Shown one piece after another: positions 1 to 8,819 of a stretch of DNA of 64,000 bases; positions within the stretch are counted from its first letter, which is position 1; each line of letters starts with the position of its first letter. A program made the position numbers and the translations under genes. A model generated the notes under the pieces. It saw nothing but the letters and a program-made list of their open reading frames with translations, did not search any database and was not told where the DNA came from. Origin of the DNA: an uncultured Clostridia bacterium. GTDB taxonomy: Bacteria; Bacillota; Clostridia; Lachnospirales; Lachnospiraceae. The stretch covers positions 5,031-69,030 of the forward strand of contig CALADH010000013.1 in NCBI GenBank assembly GCA_937890745.1, given 5' to 3'.

Positions 1-279
1 TGTACGATCGGTATGGAGCACACACAGGTGTTTTTAAACTGCTGTGCCAAGATGGATATTAAAATTCCGGATCAGCTTTCTATTATTTCTGTAGAGCATA
101 AGGAGAATCAGGGAAGCCTTTTATACCCTAAAATTTCTGCGTTTCATGTGCCTGCAAGGCAGATGGGACGGGGAGCGGCAAAGCTTTTGCTGGAGAATAT
201 AAAAATGCCGACAATGGCTTCTGCTTCGATGGAATATGAGTCGGTTTTTTGCCGGAGAGATTCTATAAGACATCTGTAA
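1..279 (+). CDS. LacI-family transcriptional regulator, C-terminal fragment (5' end lies outside the window)
   Basis: Frame 1 is open from base 1 to the stop at 277-279. The tail ...FHVPARQMGRGAAKLLLENI... looks like the C-terminal effector-binding lobe of LacI/GalR repressors. A LacI/CcpA-type palindrome lies just downstream. Confidence 0.55.
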   Translation, partial: CTIGMEHTQVFLNCCAKMDIKIPDQLSIISVEHKENQGSLLYPKISAFHVPARQMGRGAAKLLLENIKMPTMASASMEYESVFCRRDSIRHL

Positions 280-305
280 GAGATGTCTTATATGTTACGA
301 AAATC

Positions 306-319
306 TGAAAGCGCTTTCA
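306..319. promoter_or_regulatory. Perfect 14-bp palindrome TGAAAGCGCTTTCA (cre / LacI-family operator type)
   Basis: Read directly from the sequence and self-complementary. It fits the cre consensus TGWAANCGNTNWCA. It lies 75 nt upstream of the sulfatase start codon. Confidence 0.6.
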
Positions 320-393
320 AGATGAAAATATAACATACCGAAGATGAGAGTCAAAAGTATGTATATATAAAAATAAAAGGGAGATGAAAAAGC

Positions 394-1884
394 ATGAAAG
401 CTATTATGGTTATGTATGACTCGTTAAATCGTCATATGCTGGAAACATACGGCTGTGACTGGACGAAGACGCCAAACTTTAAACGTCTGGCCGAGCGCAG
501 TGTTCAGTTTGACAACTGTTTTGTCGGAAGTATGCCGTGTATGCCTGCAAGACGAGAACTGCACACGGGGCGGCCGAACTTTTTCCACAGAAGCTGGGGG
601 CCGATGGAACCTTTCGATGATTCAATGCCGCAGCTTTTAAAAGAAGCGGGTATTTACACACATCTTGTCAGCGACCATCAGCATTATTGGGAGGACGGCG
701 GCTGTACTTATCATAACCGGTATTCCTCATGGGAAATATCAAGAGGACAGGAGGGCGATTTGTGGAAAGCGGATTTGTCCTGTAAATATGATAAGAAAAC
801 GGTTTTCAAAAATAAAGAAATGATGCTTTCATATCCGCCGTATACGCGAATGATGGCGCATGATCTGATGAACAGAAATTATATGAATACGGAGGAGAAA
901 ACGTCACAGGCTGTTACATTCATGGAGGGACTTGAATTTATCGAGAAAAATCACGGTGAAGACAACTGGTTTTTGCAGATAGAGACGTTTGATCCCCATG
1001 AACCGTTTTATACGCTGAAAGATGACAAGGCGCTGTATCCGCATACGTTTGTTGGTGACAGTGAGGCGGAGGCAGACTGGCCGCCGTATGCGCCTGTTGC
1101 GGAAGATGAAAATACAGTAGAGCATGTCCGCTATGAATATGCCGCACTTTTAAGCAAGTGTGACCGCTATCTCGGCAAGGTGCTCGACATGATGGATAAG
1201 TATAACTTATGGGAAGATACGATGCTTATTGTCAATACAGATCATGGCTTTTTACTCGGAGAGCATGGCTGGTGGGGAAAGACATCAATGCCGATCTACA
1301 ATGAAATCGCACATATCCCGCTTTATATTTATGATCCGAGAAGGAAAGACTGCTGCGGTATACGCCGCCGCGCCCTTGTTCAGATGATGGATATCGCGCC
1401 GACACTTTTGGAGTATTTCGGTGTGGAAATTCCGAAAGATATGCTCGGAAAACCGCTCGGTCCGGTGATGGACGAGGATAAAAAAATCAGGGATTACGCA
1501 GTGTTTGGTTATCACGGAAGTCAGATTGATATTACGGACGGACGCTATGTTTATATGTATGCGGCACAAAATCCGGATATGCCGGTTTATGAGTATACAT
1601 TAATGCCGACACATATGCGCCAGATGTTTCAGCCGTCCGAGTTTGAAAATATGGAGCTGGCAGGGCCGTTTTCATTTACAAAAGGCTGTAAGGTCATGAA
1701 AATTAAAAAGGCAGACAAGATGGGCGATACGACATCTTTCGGAACAATGCTCTTTGATCTTGAAAATGGGCAGGACACACAGATTCATGATGAAGCGACA
1801 GAAGTGCGAATGAGAGCAGCGATCAGGCAGTGCATGGAAGAAAATGATGCGCCTGCAGAGCTCTTTGAGCGCATGGGATTATAG
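394..1884 (+). CDS. Sulfatase (alkaline-phosphatase superfamily), Cys-type, with no signal peptide
   Basis: 496-aa ORF with a GGGAG SD upstream. The formylglycine signature C-x-P-x-R is present as SMPCMPARRELHTGR near the N-terminus. The protein has a typical sulfatase length. Confidence 0.85.
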   Translation: MKAIMVMYDSLNRHMLETYGCDWTKTPNFKRLAERSVQFDNCFVGSMPCMPARRELHTGRPNFFHRSWGPMEPFDDSMPQLLKEAGIYTHLVSDHQHYWEDGGCTYHNRYSSWEISRGQEGDLWKADLSCKYDKKTVFKNKEMMLSYPPYTRMMAHDLMNRNYMNTEEKTSQAVTFMEGLEFIEKNHGEDNWFLQIETFDPHEPFYTLKDDKALYPHTFVGDSEAEADWPPYAPVAEDENTVEHVRYEYAALLSKCDRYLGKVLDMMDKYNLWEDTMLIVNTDHGFLLGEHGWWGKTSMPIYNEIAHIPLYIYDPRRKDCCGIRRRALVQMMDIAPTLLEYFGVEIPKDMLGKPLGPVMDEDKKIRDYAVFGYHGSQIDITDGRYVYMYAAQNPDMPVYEYTLMPTHMRQMFQPSEFENMELAGPFSFTKGCKVMKIKKADKMGDTTSFGTMLFDLENGQDTQIHDEATEVRMRAAIRQCMEENDAPAELFERMGL

Positions 1885-1907
1885 TGTAAGTTGAGGAGGA
1901 AAACAAA

Positions 1908-3284
1908 ATGGAGAAGACAAAATATGCCAAAGCGTCGTTTGGAGATATTGTGAAATATTCTTTTGGAGGGGTTGGTTCAAACCTTGCATTTTTACTTGTA
2001 ATGTCGTATCTGACATTCTTTTATACAGATATTTTCGGCATCAGTTCGATGGCAGTTGCAACATTAATGATGGTTGCCCGTTTAATTGACGCATTTACAG
2101 ATCCGCTGATGGGTATGATCGGTGACCACACAATTAGTAAATTCGGCAAGTACCGTCCGTGGATTATATTTGGGGCGCCGGTGCTCGGCCTGTTTATTTT
2201 CCTGTTATTTACAGCGCCGGATCTTTCACCGTCAATGAAAGTTGTCTATGCTTATGTTGTTTATATTTTATATTCACTTGCATCAACGGTTGTTAATATC
2301 CCATATCATTCACTGACACCGGTCATGAGTGAGGATCCGCAGCAGAGAACAGTTATTGTCACATGGAAACAGGGGATGAGTGTTGTTGCACAGTTTATTA
2401 TTACAATATGGGCTCTGCCGCTCGTTGAAGTATTCGGCGGCGGTGCCAAGGGCTGGGCAATCTACGGCGCGCTTATTGGTATAGCAACAACAATTTCATT
2501 TTGGATCTGCGCATGGGGCGGCAAAAAATACGATGTGTGCAAGAATAATCCGGCAGTCGGGAAAAAAGAAAAAGTTAATTTCTTTAAAGATCTGAAGCTT
2601 TTAGTTAAAAACAAACCGATGATGATGCTGATGATTGCTTTTGGTACAGATGTGCTTGCAAATGCGACATGCAGTGCCGTCAATGTTTACTATTTTAAAT
2701 ATGTGCTTCACCGTGAAGATCTTGTGGCAACAACAGCGTCAGTGATGCTTTGGACAGGTATTGTCGCTATTCCGCTTCTGCCTGTTCTGACAAAACTTTT
2801 AGGAAAGAAGCTTTTATACTGGCTCGGCAGTGCGGCTTCAATAATCCCGCTTTTAGTTTTATGGATCAATCCGACGGCAGAAATGACAATAATGATGGCG
2901 GCATTCGGCGTATTCGGCCTCGTATCAAAGTTCCCAAGCTTTTTAGGCTGGGCAATGCTGCCGGAATGTTCGGATTTTGCCGAATGGAAATTCGGACAGA
3001 GAGCCGACGGTCTGATGTCTTCATCACTGACATTTATTAATAAACTCGGTATGGCAGTCGGCGGTTTTATCGCAAGCTTTTTCCTCGGAATGGTTAATTT
3101 TATTCCGAATCAGGAGCAGACGGGCACAGTCCTCGATATGATCGTATTTTTGCGTTTTGGAATCCCGATCTTAGGTTATGTGGCATCACTCATATCAATG
3201 ATCTTTTACGAGATTAACGATAAAAAGTATGCACAGATCCGTGCGGATTTAGACGCGCGTGCGAAACAGGCGGAAAACAACTGA
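1908..3284 (+). CDS. MFS transporter, glycoside-pentoside-hexuronide (GPH):cation symporter family
   Basis: 458-aa polytopic membrane ORF with a GAGGAGG SD. The N-terminus (FGGVGSNLAFLLVMSYLTFFYTDIFGIS...RLIDAFTDPLMG) matches the MelB/YicJ-type GPH pattern. Confidence 0.8.
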   Translation: MEKTKYAKASFGDIVKYSFGGVGSNLAFLLVMSYLTFFYTDIFGISSMAVATLMMVARLIDAFTDPLMGMIGDHTISKFGKYRPWIIFGAPVLGLFIFLLFTAPDLSPSMKVVYAYVVYILYSLASTVVNIPYHSLTPVMSEDPQQRTVIVTWKQGMSVVAQFIITIWALPLVEVFGGGAKGWAIYGALIGIATTISFWICAWGGKKYDVCKNNPAVGKKEKVNFFKDLKLLVKNKPMMMLMIAFGTDVLANATCSAVNVYYFKYVLHREDLVATTASVMLWTGIVAIPLLPVLTKLLGKKLLYWLGSAASIIPLLVLWINPTAEMTIMMAAFGVFGLVSKFPSFLGWAMLPECSDFAEWKFGQRADGLMSSSLTFINKLGMAVGGFIASFFLGMVNFIPNQEQTGTVLDMIVFLRFGIPILGYVASLISMIFYEINDKKYAQIRADLDARAKQAENN

Positions 3285-3309
3285 TAAAATAGAGATGGAG
3301 GAATTGACA

Positions 3310-5643
3310 ATGAGTATTCGTGAAAAAATTTCGGAAATGACGCTTGAAGAAAAAGCTTCTCTTTGCAGCGGTTTAAATTTCTGGTATATGAAAGGGTTAA
3401 ATCGTCTTGGAATTTTCACGATGATGGTAACGGACGGCCCTCACGGCTTAAGAAAGCAGGCCGGCGAGAGTGACCACCTCGGAATTAATCAGAGTGTACC
3501 GGCGACATGTTTTCCGACAGCTTCTGCGTCGGCAAGCAGCTGGAATACAGATAAGCTTTGTGAGGCCGGTGGGGCGATTGGCGAGGAAGCACTTTGGGAA
3601 AAAGTTGCCGTTGTTTTAGGACCGGGAACGAATATGAAGCGTTCCCCGCTGTGCGGAAGAAATTTTGAATATTTCAGCGAGGATCCGTATCTTGCCGGTG
3701 AAATGTCGGCAGCGTGGGTGAATGGCGTTCAGAGTAAAAATGTCGGCACATCTTTAAAGCATTTTGCGGCAAATAATCAAGAAAAGGCGCGTCTGACATC
3801 AAACTCGGTTATTGATGAGCGGACACTCAGGGAAATTTACCTTGCAGCTTTTGAGCGGACAGTGAAAAAAGCAAAACCGTGGACGCTTATGTGTTCATAT
3901 AATAAGATTAACGGTGTTTATTCATGCGAGAATCCGTGGCTGCTTGATGAAGTCCTCAGAAAAGAGTGGAGACATGACGGCATTGTCATGACAGACTGGG
4001 GCGCAATGAATGACAGAGTGCGTGCTCTCAAAGCCGGTCTTGAACTTGAAATGCCGGGGCCGGACGGTTACAATGATAAACGGATCGTCGAGGCCGTCAG
4101 AAACGGAGAACTTGATGAGACAGTGCTTGATGAGGCCGTTGAGAGACTTTTGGGATTGTATGAAAAGGCGGCGAAGGCAGAGGCAAAGCCTTATGATATT
4201 TCAAAACATCACCGTATTGCACGGGAAATGGCGGCAGACAGTGCAGTACTTCTTAAAAATGAGCATGCGCTTCCGCTTGACAGTCATAAGTCTTATGCGG
4301 TTGTCGGAGATTTTGCACTGCAGCCGAGATATCAGGGCGCGGGAAGCTCTAAAATCAATCCGCATAAGATTGACAGTCCGCTTGATGAACTCCGGGCGCT
4401 TGGCATTGATATAGCCTATGCACAGGGATATCACAGAGAAAGTGATGTTGCCGATGAAAAGCTTGTGGAGGAAGCAAAGCAGCTTGCAGCCGGAAAAGAT
4501 GGTGTCATTGTTTTTGCAGGCCTGCCGGATTCATATGAAAGTGAAGGCTTTGACAGAACACACTTAAATATGCCGGACAGCCATAACCATCTTATTGAGG
4601 TGCTGTGTGAGGTTAATCAAAATGTCATTGTTGTACTAATGTGCGGCAGCGCGGTTATCATGCCGTGGCACGATAAAGTACAGGCTGTTTTACTTATGTA
4701 TCTCGGCGGAGAAGCCGTTGGCGGCGCCTGTGCAGACTTGCTGACAGGCCGCGTGAATCCGTCGGGTAAACTGGCAGAAACATTTCCGCTGTCACTTTCT
4801 GATACGCCGGCATTCGGAAATTTTGCAAATGATGATGCGGATATTGAATACCGTGAAAATATTTTGATCGGTTACCGCTACTATGACGCCTTAAATAAAG
4901 AAGTTGCCTATCCGTTTGGCTTTGGCCTGTCCTATACAGATTTCAAGTATGAACATATGGATATCCGATGGGATAAAGCTGTGAGAGAAGGCTCTGTCAC
5001 AGTGACTGTAAAGAATACCGGAAACTGTGACGGAAGCGAGGTTATCCAGCTGTATGTCGGCAAAAAGGACAGCCCGATTTTAAGAGCACCTAAAGAATTA
5101 AAGGGTTTTGCCAAGGTATATTTAAAGGCGGGAGAAACAAAAACAGTTGACATAGAGCTCGATGAGAGAAGTTTTTCTTATTACAATGTCGATCGTCAGG
5201 CGTGGACTGTCGAGGACGGTGTTTATGAGATTTATATCGGAGCTTCAAGCAGGGATATCCGTCTGGAAAAACAGCTGAATGTTGACGGGGAGAAACAGCT
5301 GACGCCGTCAGTCCTGTTGAAAGATGAGGTGATCGCAGACGGCAGCTATCATATTACGGATGAACAGTTTGCAAAGCTCTTTAAAGGAAAGCTTCCCGAA
5401 AAAACAGATATTTTGGAGAAATCTGTAAACACAAGACTGGGCGCGGTGCTTGCCGATGAAAAAGGCAGGGAACTTTTTGGCAAAATCGCACAGGCATATA
5501 CGGCAGGTTTTGACGACAATGATGATGTCGGCCGCATGATGCTTGCAATGGTCAATGACATGCCGCTTCGAAGTCTTGCAATGTTTGGTCTTACAGATAT
5601 GGAAACAATTATAAAAACAGTCGAAGAATGGAAAAATAATTGA
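3310..5643 (+). CDS. Glycoside hydrolase family 3 (beta-glucosidase-like)
   Basis: The ORF track starts at 3259. I prefer the ATG at 3310, which is preceded by GGAGG (3296-3300). GH3 hallmarks are present: SPLCGRNFEYFSEDPYL, KHFAANNQE and GIVMTDWGA (nucleophile Asp region). Confidence 0.9.
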   Translation: MSIREKISEMTLEEKASLCSGLNFWYMKGLNRLGIFTMMVTDGPHGLRKQAGESDHLGINQSVPATCFPTASASASSWNTDKLCEAGGAIGEEALWEKVAVVLGPGTNMKRSPLCGRNFEYFSEDPYLAGEMSAAWVNGVQSKNVGTSLKHFAANNQEKARLTSNSVIDERTLREIYLAAFERTVKKAKPWTLMCSYNKINGVYSCENPWLLDEVLRKEWRHDGIVMTDWGAMNDRVRALKAGLELEMPGPDGYNDKRIVEAVRNGELDETVLDEAVERLLGLYEKAAKAEAKPYDISKHHRIAREMAADSAVLLKNEHALPLDSHKSYAVVGDFALQPRYQGAGSSKINPHKIDSPLDELRALGIDIAYAQGYHRESDVADEKLVEEAKQLAAGKDGVIVFAGLPDSYESEGFDRTHLNMPDSHNHLIEVLCEVNQNVIVVLMCGSAVIMPWHDKVQAVLLMYLGGEAVGGACADLLTGRVNPSGKLAETFPLSLSDTPAFGNFANDDADIEYRENILIGYRYYDALNKEVAYPFGFGLSYTDFKYEHMDIRWDKAVREGSVTVTVKNTGNCDGSEVIQLYVGKKDSPILRAPKELKGFAKVYLKAGETKTVDIELDERSFSYYNVDRQAWTVEDGVYEIYIGASSRDIRLEKQLNVDGEKQLTPSVLLKDEVIADGSYHITDEQFAKLFKGKLPEKTDILEKSVNTRLGAVLADEKGRELFGKIAQAYTAGFDDNDDVGRMMLAMVNDMPLRSLAMFGLTDMETIIKTVEEWKNN

Positions 5644-5654
5644 CAGCAGAAGGT

Positions 5655-5703
5655 ATAAGACAAAGGGCATGCCATGACGACGTGCCTGTCTTATGCCTTT
5701 TTG
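5655..5703 (+). terminator. Rho-independent terminator after the GH3 gene
   Basis: The arms ATAAGACA (5655-5662) and TGTCTTAT (5687-5694) pair, with inner GGCA/TGCC pairing. A T-run follows (GCCTTTTTTG). Confidence 0.6.
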
Positions 5704-5722
5704 ATTTTAGATTGTTCTAAGC

Positions 5723-7108
5723 CTATATCCCCTGCATGTCCGCTTCCAGTTTTTTGATGTGTGTAAATTCACGTTTGATGACGATGGCCGTTGTGATGAA
5801 AGCGGCGGCGTCGGCAACCGGTCCGGCAAACATAATGCCTTCGATACCGAAAAATACCGGCAGGATAAGAATAAGCGGTATGAGGAAGATCACCTGTCTT
5901 GTCATGGAAAGAAGAACGCCCTTGATCGGTTTTCCGATGGCTGCAAAGAAGTTTGATGAAAGCAGCTGGCAGCCGTTGACAATCACCATAAACAGGAAAA
6001 TTCTCATGAATTTCACTGCAAATTCAAAGTAGAGGGCATCGCCGTTTCCGAACAGGGAAATAATCTGTTTCGGGAAAAATTGAAAAAGAATAAAACCGAT
6101 GGCGGAAATCACAAGATTGCAGCTAATGGCAAGCTTGTAGATGCCGCGGACGCGGTCGTATTTTTTTGCGCCGTAGTTAAAGCCGATAATTGGCTGTGAG
6201 CCCTGTGATATACCGATAATGACTGCGAGAAGAATTGCATTTGTCTTCATGACGATACCGCAGCAGGCAAGCGGAATCTCGCTGCCGTAAATGGAACGGG
6301 CGCCGTAATAGGTCAGCGAGTTATTTAAAACAATCTGCACGAAGGTTAAAGCAAGCTGATTTAAGCTGTTGCTCATGCCGAGTGCGGCAATTTTAGTGCA
6401 TTCATGGAGTTTTAACCGGAAATGATGCCTTTTCAAGTCCACATGTTTAAATTTTCTGAGGTAAAGGGCAGCCATAACAAATGAGAAAAACTGTCCGATG
6501 ACAGTTGCCCACGCCGCGCCTGCGACGCCCATATTAAAAACAAAAATAAACAGCGGATCCAAAATAGTATTGATGACAGCACCGACAAGCATACAGGTCA
6601 TGGAGTATTTCGGGCTGCCGTCGGCTCTTGCGAGATTGCTCATACCGTTGGTGATAATGAGGAGCGGCATACCAAGCGCTGTAATTCTTGTATAGCTTTC
6701 GGCGTATGGAAGTACGTCCGGTGTCGCTCCGAAAATTGTCAGCAGGGGAACGAGAAAAATCTGAATGAGCGCGGCATAAATAAGACCGCAGACGACCATC
6801 ATACAGAATGCAGTGCCGACGGATACGGCGGCATGTTCTTTTTCACCTGCACCCAGTTCGAGGGAAAAGCGGGATGCAGACCCGACGCCGATTAAAAGCG
6901 CAATCGCAAGACAGATTGTTGTCAGTGGGAAAGCGACATTTGTCGCGGCATTGCCGAGATAGCCGACGCCCTGTCCGATAAATACCTGATCGACAATATT
7001 ATAAAGGGAGCTGACGACCATGGCAATAATACTCGGCACGGCGTAAGTTTTTAAAAGCTTCGGGAGCGGCTGTGTACCCAAAGGATTTTCTTTTGTAAGT
7101 TGGGACAT
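5723..7108 (-). CDS. MATE family efflux transporter
   Basis: A 12-TM-like ORF. The ORF track extends to 7234, but the ATG at 7108 (MSQLTKENPLGTQPLPKLL...) has an AAAGGTG SD 7 nt upstream. The sequence pattern (PSIIAMVVSSLYNIVDQVFIGQGVG) is typical of MATE/NorM proteins. Confidence 0.85.
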   Translation of the reverse strand: MSQLTKENPLGTQPLPKLLKTYAVPSIIAMVVSSLYNIVDQVFIGQGVGYLGNAATNVAFPLTTICLAIALLIGVGSASRFSLELGAGEKEHAAVSVGTAFCMMVVCGLIYAALIQIFLVPLLTIFGATPDVLPYAESYTRITALGMPLLIITNGMSNLARADGSPKYSMTCMLVGAVINTILDPLFIFVFNMGVAGAAWATVIGQFFSFVMAALYLRKFKHVDLKRHHFRLKLHECTKIAALGMSNSLNQLALTFVQIVLNNSLTYYGARSIYGSEIPLACCGIVMKTNAILLAVIIGISQGSQPIIGFNYGAKKYDRVRGIYKLAISCNLVISAIGFILFQFFPKQIISLFGNGDALYFEFAVKFMRIFLFMVIVNGCQLLSSNFFAAIGKPIKGVLLSMTRQVIFLIPLILILPVFFGIEGIMFAGPVADAAAFITTAIVIKREFTHIKKLEADMQGI

Positions 7109-7692
7109 ATTTAAAACACCTTTCATTTTGAGGTTTGCTGAGTTGTTTGTGGTACTAAAAATGCACGCTGCACAAAATATATGCAGGTATAAGATATCAG
7201 ATATTGCACTTCTGAGCATATGTGCAGCAGACATCTGTCTGCTATCGCCAAATATTCTCTTACAATTATACTGAAAAAATTTTTACGGTGCAAGGGATAA
7301 ACTTTAGAATCTTTAAGAGAGATACGATTCAGAAATTATTTCATATGAACTGAACGTATCCTATAGAACCGCACATCGTATCCCTGCATCAGCATTAAAT
7401 AATTTTATCGTACCGGAATAAGATTGGCATACTTTGTCACAACATGGCATAAGCATATACACTATTTTAGAAATAAGTAAAGGTACTTGCAGTGATGCCG
7501 GCGATTTTATTATGTATAAAATTGAGGAAAAGTTGATTGCTCTTATTTAAATTTGGCAACAGATTGTATCGAGGATAATCTGAAAATATTTTATTATCGA
7601 GGATTGAAAGAATGGAATAGTGAAAAAGGTTACCTGATAGATACCTGTCTGACGGCACAGGATAAATATAAGACATATTTGGATGTGTATTA

Positions 7693-7730
7693 AGCAGGAA
7701 AGCCATATAAACGGACTTCCTGCTTTTCTT
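7693..7730 (+). terminator. Rho-independent terminator with no convincing gene upstream
   Basis: The arms AGCAGGAA (7693-7700) and TTCCTGCT (7717-7724) pair and are followed by TTTCTT. It lies in the 790-bp AT-rich spacer upstream of nadA. Confidence 0.55.
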
Positions 7731-7794
7731 ATACCTAAAATCATAAATAGTGAAGAACGATTTCGACAGATAGACATAAACCTAAACAACTGTC

Positions 7795-7823
7795 TTGTCA
7801 CATGTAAAAATATGGTGTATAAT
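7795..7823 (+). promoter_or_regulatory. Sigma-A type promoter for nadABC-niaR
   Basis: TTGTCA (7795-7800), a 17-nt spacer and TATAAT (7818-7823), about 77 nt upstream of the nadA ATG. Confidence 0.55.
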
Positions 7824-7899
7824 CACCTTTAACGCCGGTCAGACAAGGAGCGCTGTTTCCGGCAGGATATTGATGAAGTATAATCACAGGAGGATTGAG

Positions 7900-8808
7900 A
7901 TGAATTCAATGATAGAAGAAATAGAAGCACTGAAGCGGGAGAAAAACGCAGTGATTTTGGCCCACTATTATGTACCCGATGAGGTTCAGGCCATTGCCGA
8001 CGAGGTTGGCGATTCCTTTTATTTAAGTAAAAAAGCAAAAGAAAGCGCGGCAGATGTCATTGTTTTTGCCGGCGTGTCTTTTATGGGCGAGAGCGCCTGC
8101 ATGATGAATCCGGGCAAAAAGGTACTCATGCCGGATATCACAGCGGATTGTGCGATGGCGCATATGGCTTCAGAGGCAGCGGTTGCCGCAATGCGTGAAA
8201 AATATGATGATCTGGCTGTTGTGTGTTACATTAATTCGACGGCGGCATTAAAGTCTGTGTCTGATGTGTGCGTGACCTCGTCAAATGCGGTAAAGATTGT
8301 CAAAAAACTGCCGAATAAACATATTTTCTTTATACCTGACGGCAATTTGGGAGCCTATGTTAAGGAACAGGTGCCGGAAAAGGATATTATTTTAAACGAT
8401 GGTTATTGTCCTGTACATAAAAATATTACGGCAGCGGATGTGCGCGCGGCAAAGAAGGCTCATGAAAATGCCTTGTTTTTGGTGCATCCGGAATGTATCG
8501 CAGAGGTTGTTGCCATGGCTGATTTTGTCGGAAGTACAGCAGATATTATTAAGTTTGCAAAGGAAAATGCAGCGTCCGAGTTTATTATAGGCACAGAGGA
8601 CGGTGTAATGTATGAATTAAAGCGGCAAAATCCGGCAAAGCAGTTTTATTCTGTGATGAAAGGACAGTGCTGTGCAGATATGAAGCTTGTGACTTTGGAA
8701 AAGGTCAGAGATTGTCTTAAAAATGAGACAGGTCTTATGGAAGTTCAGAGTGAAATTTCCGAATTGGCGGTCAGACCGCTGCAAAAAATGCTGGAGTTGG
8801 CAAAGTAG
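7900..8808 (+). CDS. nadA: Quinolinate synthase
   Basis: The ATG at 7900 follows AGGAGGA (7887-7893). The N-terminus IEEIEALKREKNAVILAHYYVPDEVQAIAD and the motif VHPEC are typical of NadA. It is followed by nadB and nadC. Confidence 0.9.
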   Translation: MNSMIEEIEALKREKNAVILAHYYVPDEVQAIADEVGDSFYLSKKAKESAADVIVFAGVSFMGESACMMNPGKKVLMPDITADCAMAHMASEAAVAAMREKYDDLAVVCYINSTAALKSVSDVCVTSSNAVKIVKKLPNKHIFFIPDGNLGAYVKEQVPEKDIILNDGYCPVHKNITAADVRAAKKAHENALFLVHPECIAEVVAMADFVGSTADIIKFAKENAASEFIIGTEDGVMYELKRQNPAKQFYSVMKGQCCADMKLVTLEKVRDCLKNETGLMEVQSEISELAVRPLQKMLELAK

Positions 8809-8819
8809 GGGAGTTTGTA

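Noticed and set aside
7109-7899. A NAD+ riboswitch or other riboswitch upstream of nadA
   Set aside because: I could not recognise any known NAD+ riboswitch core. The operon carries its own protein repressor (NiaR). The predicted promoter leaves only a ~75-nt leader.
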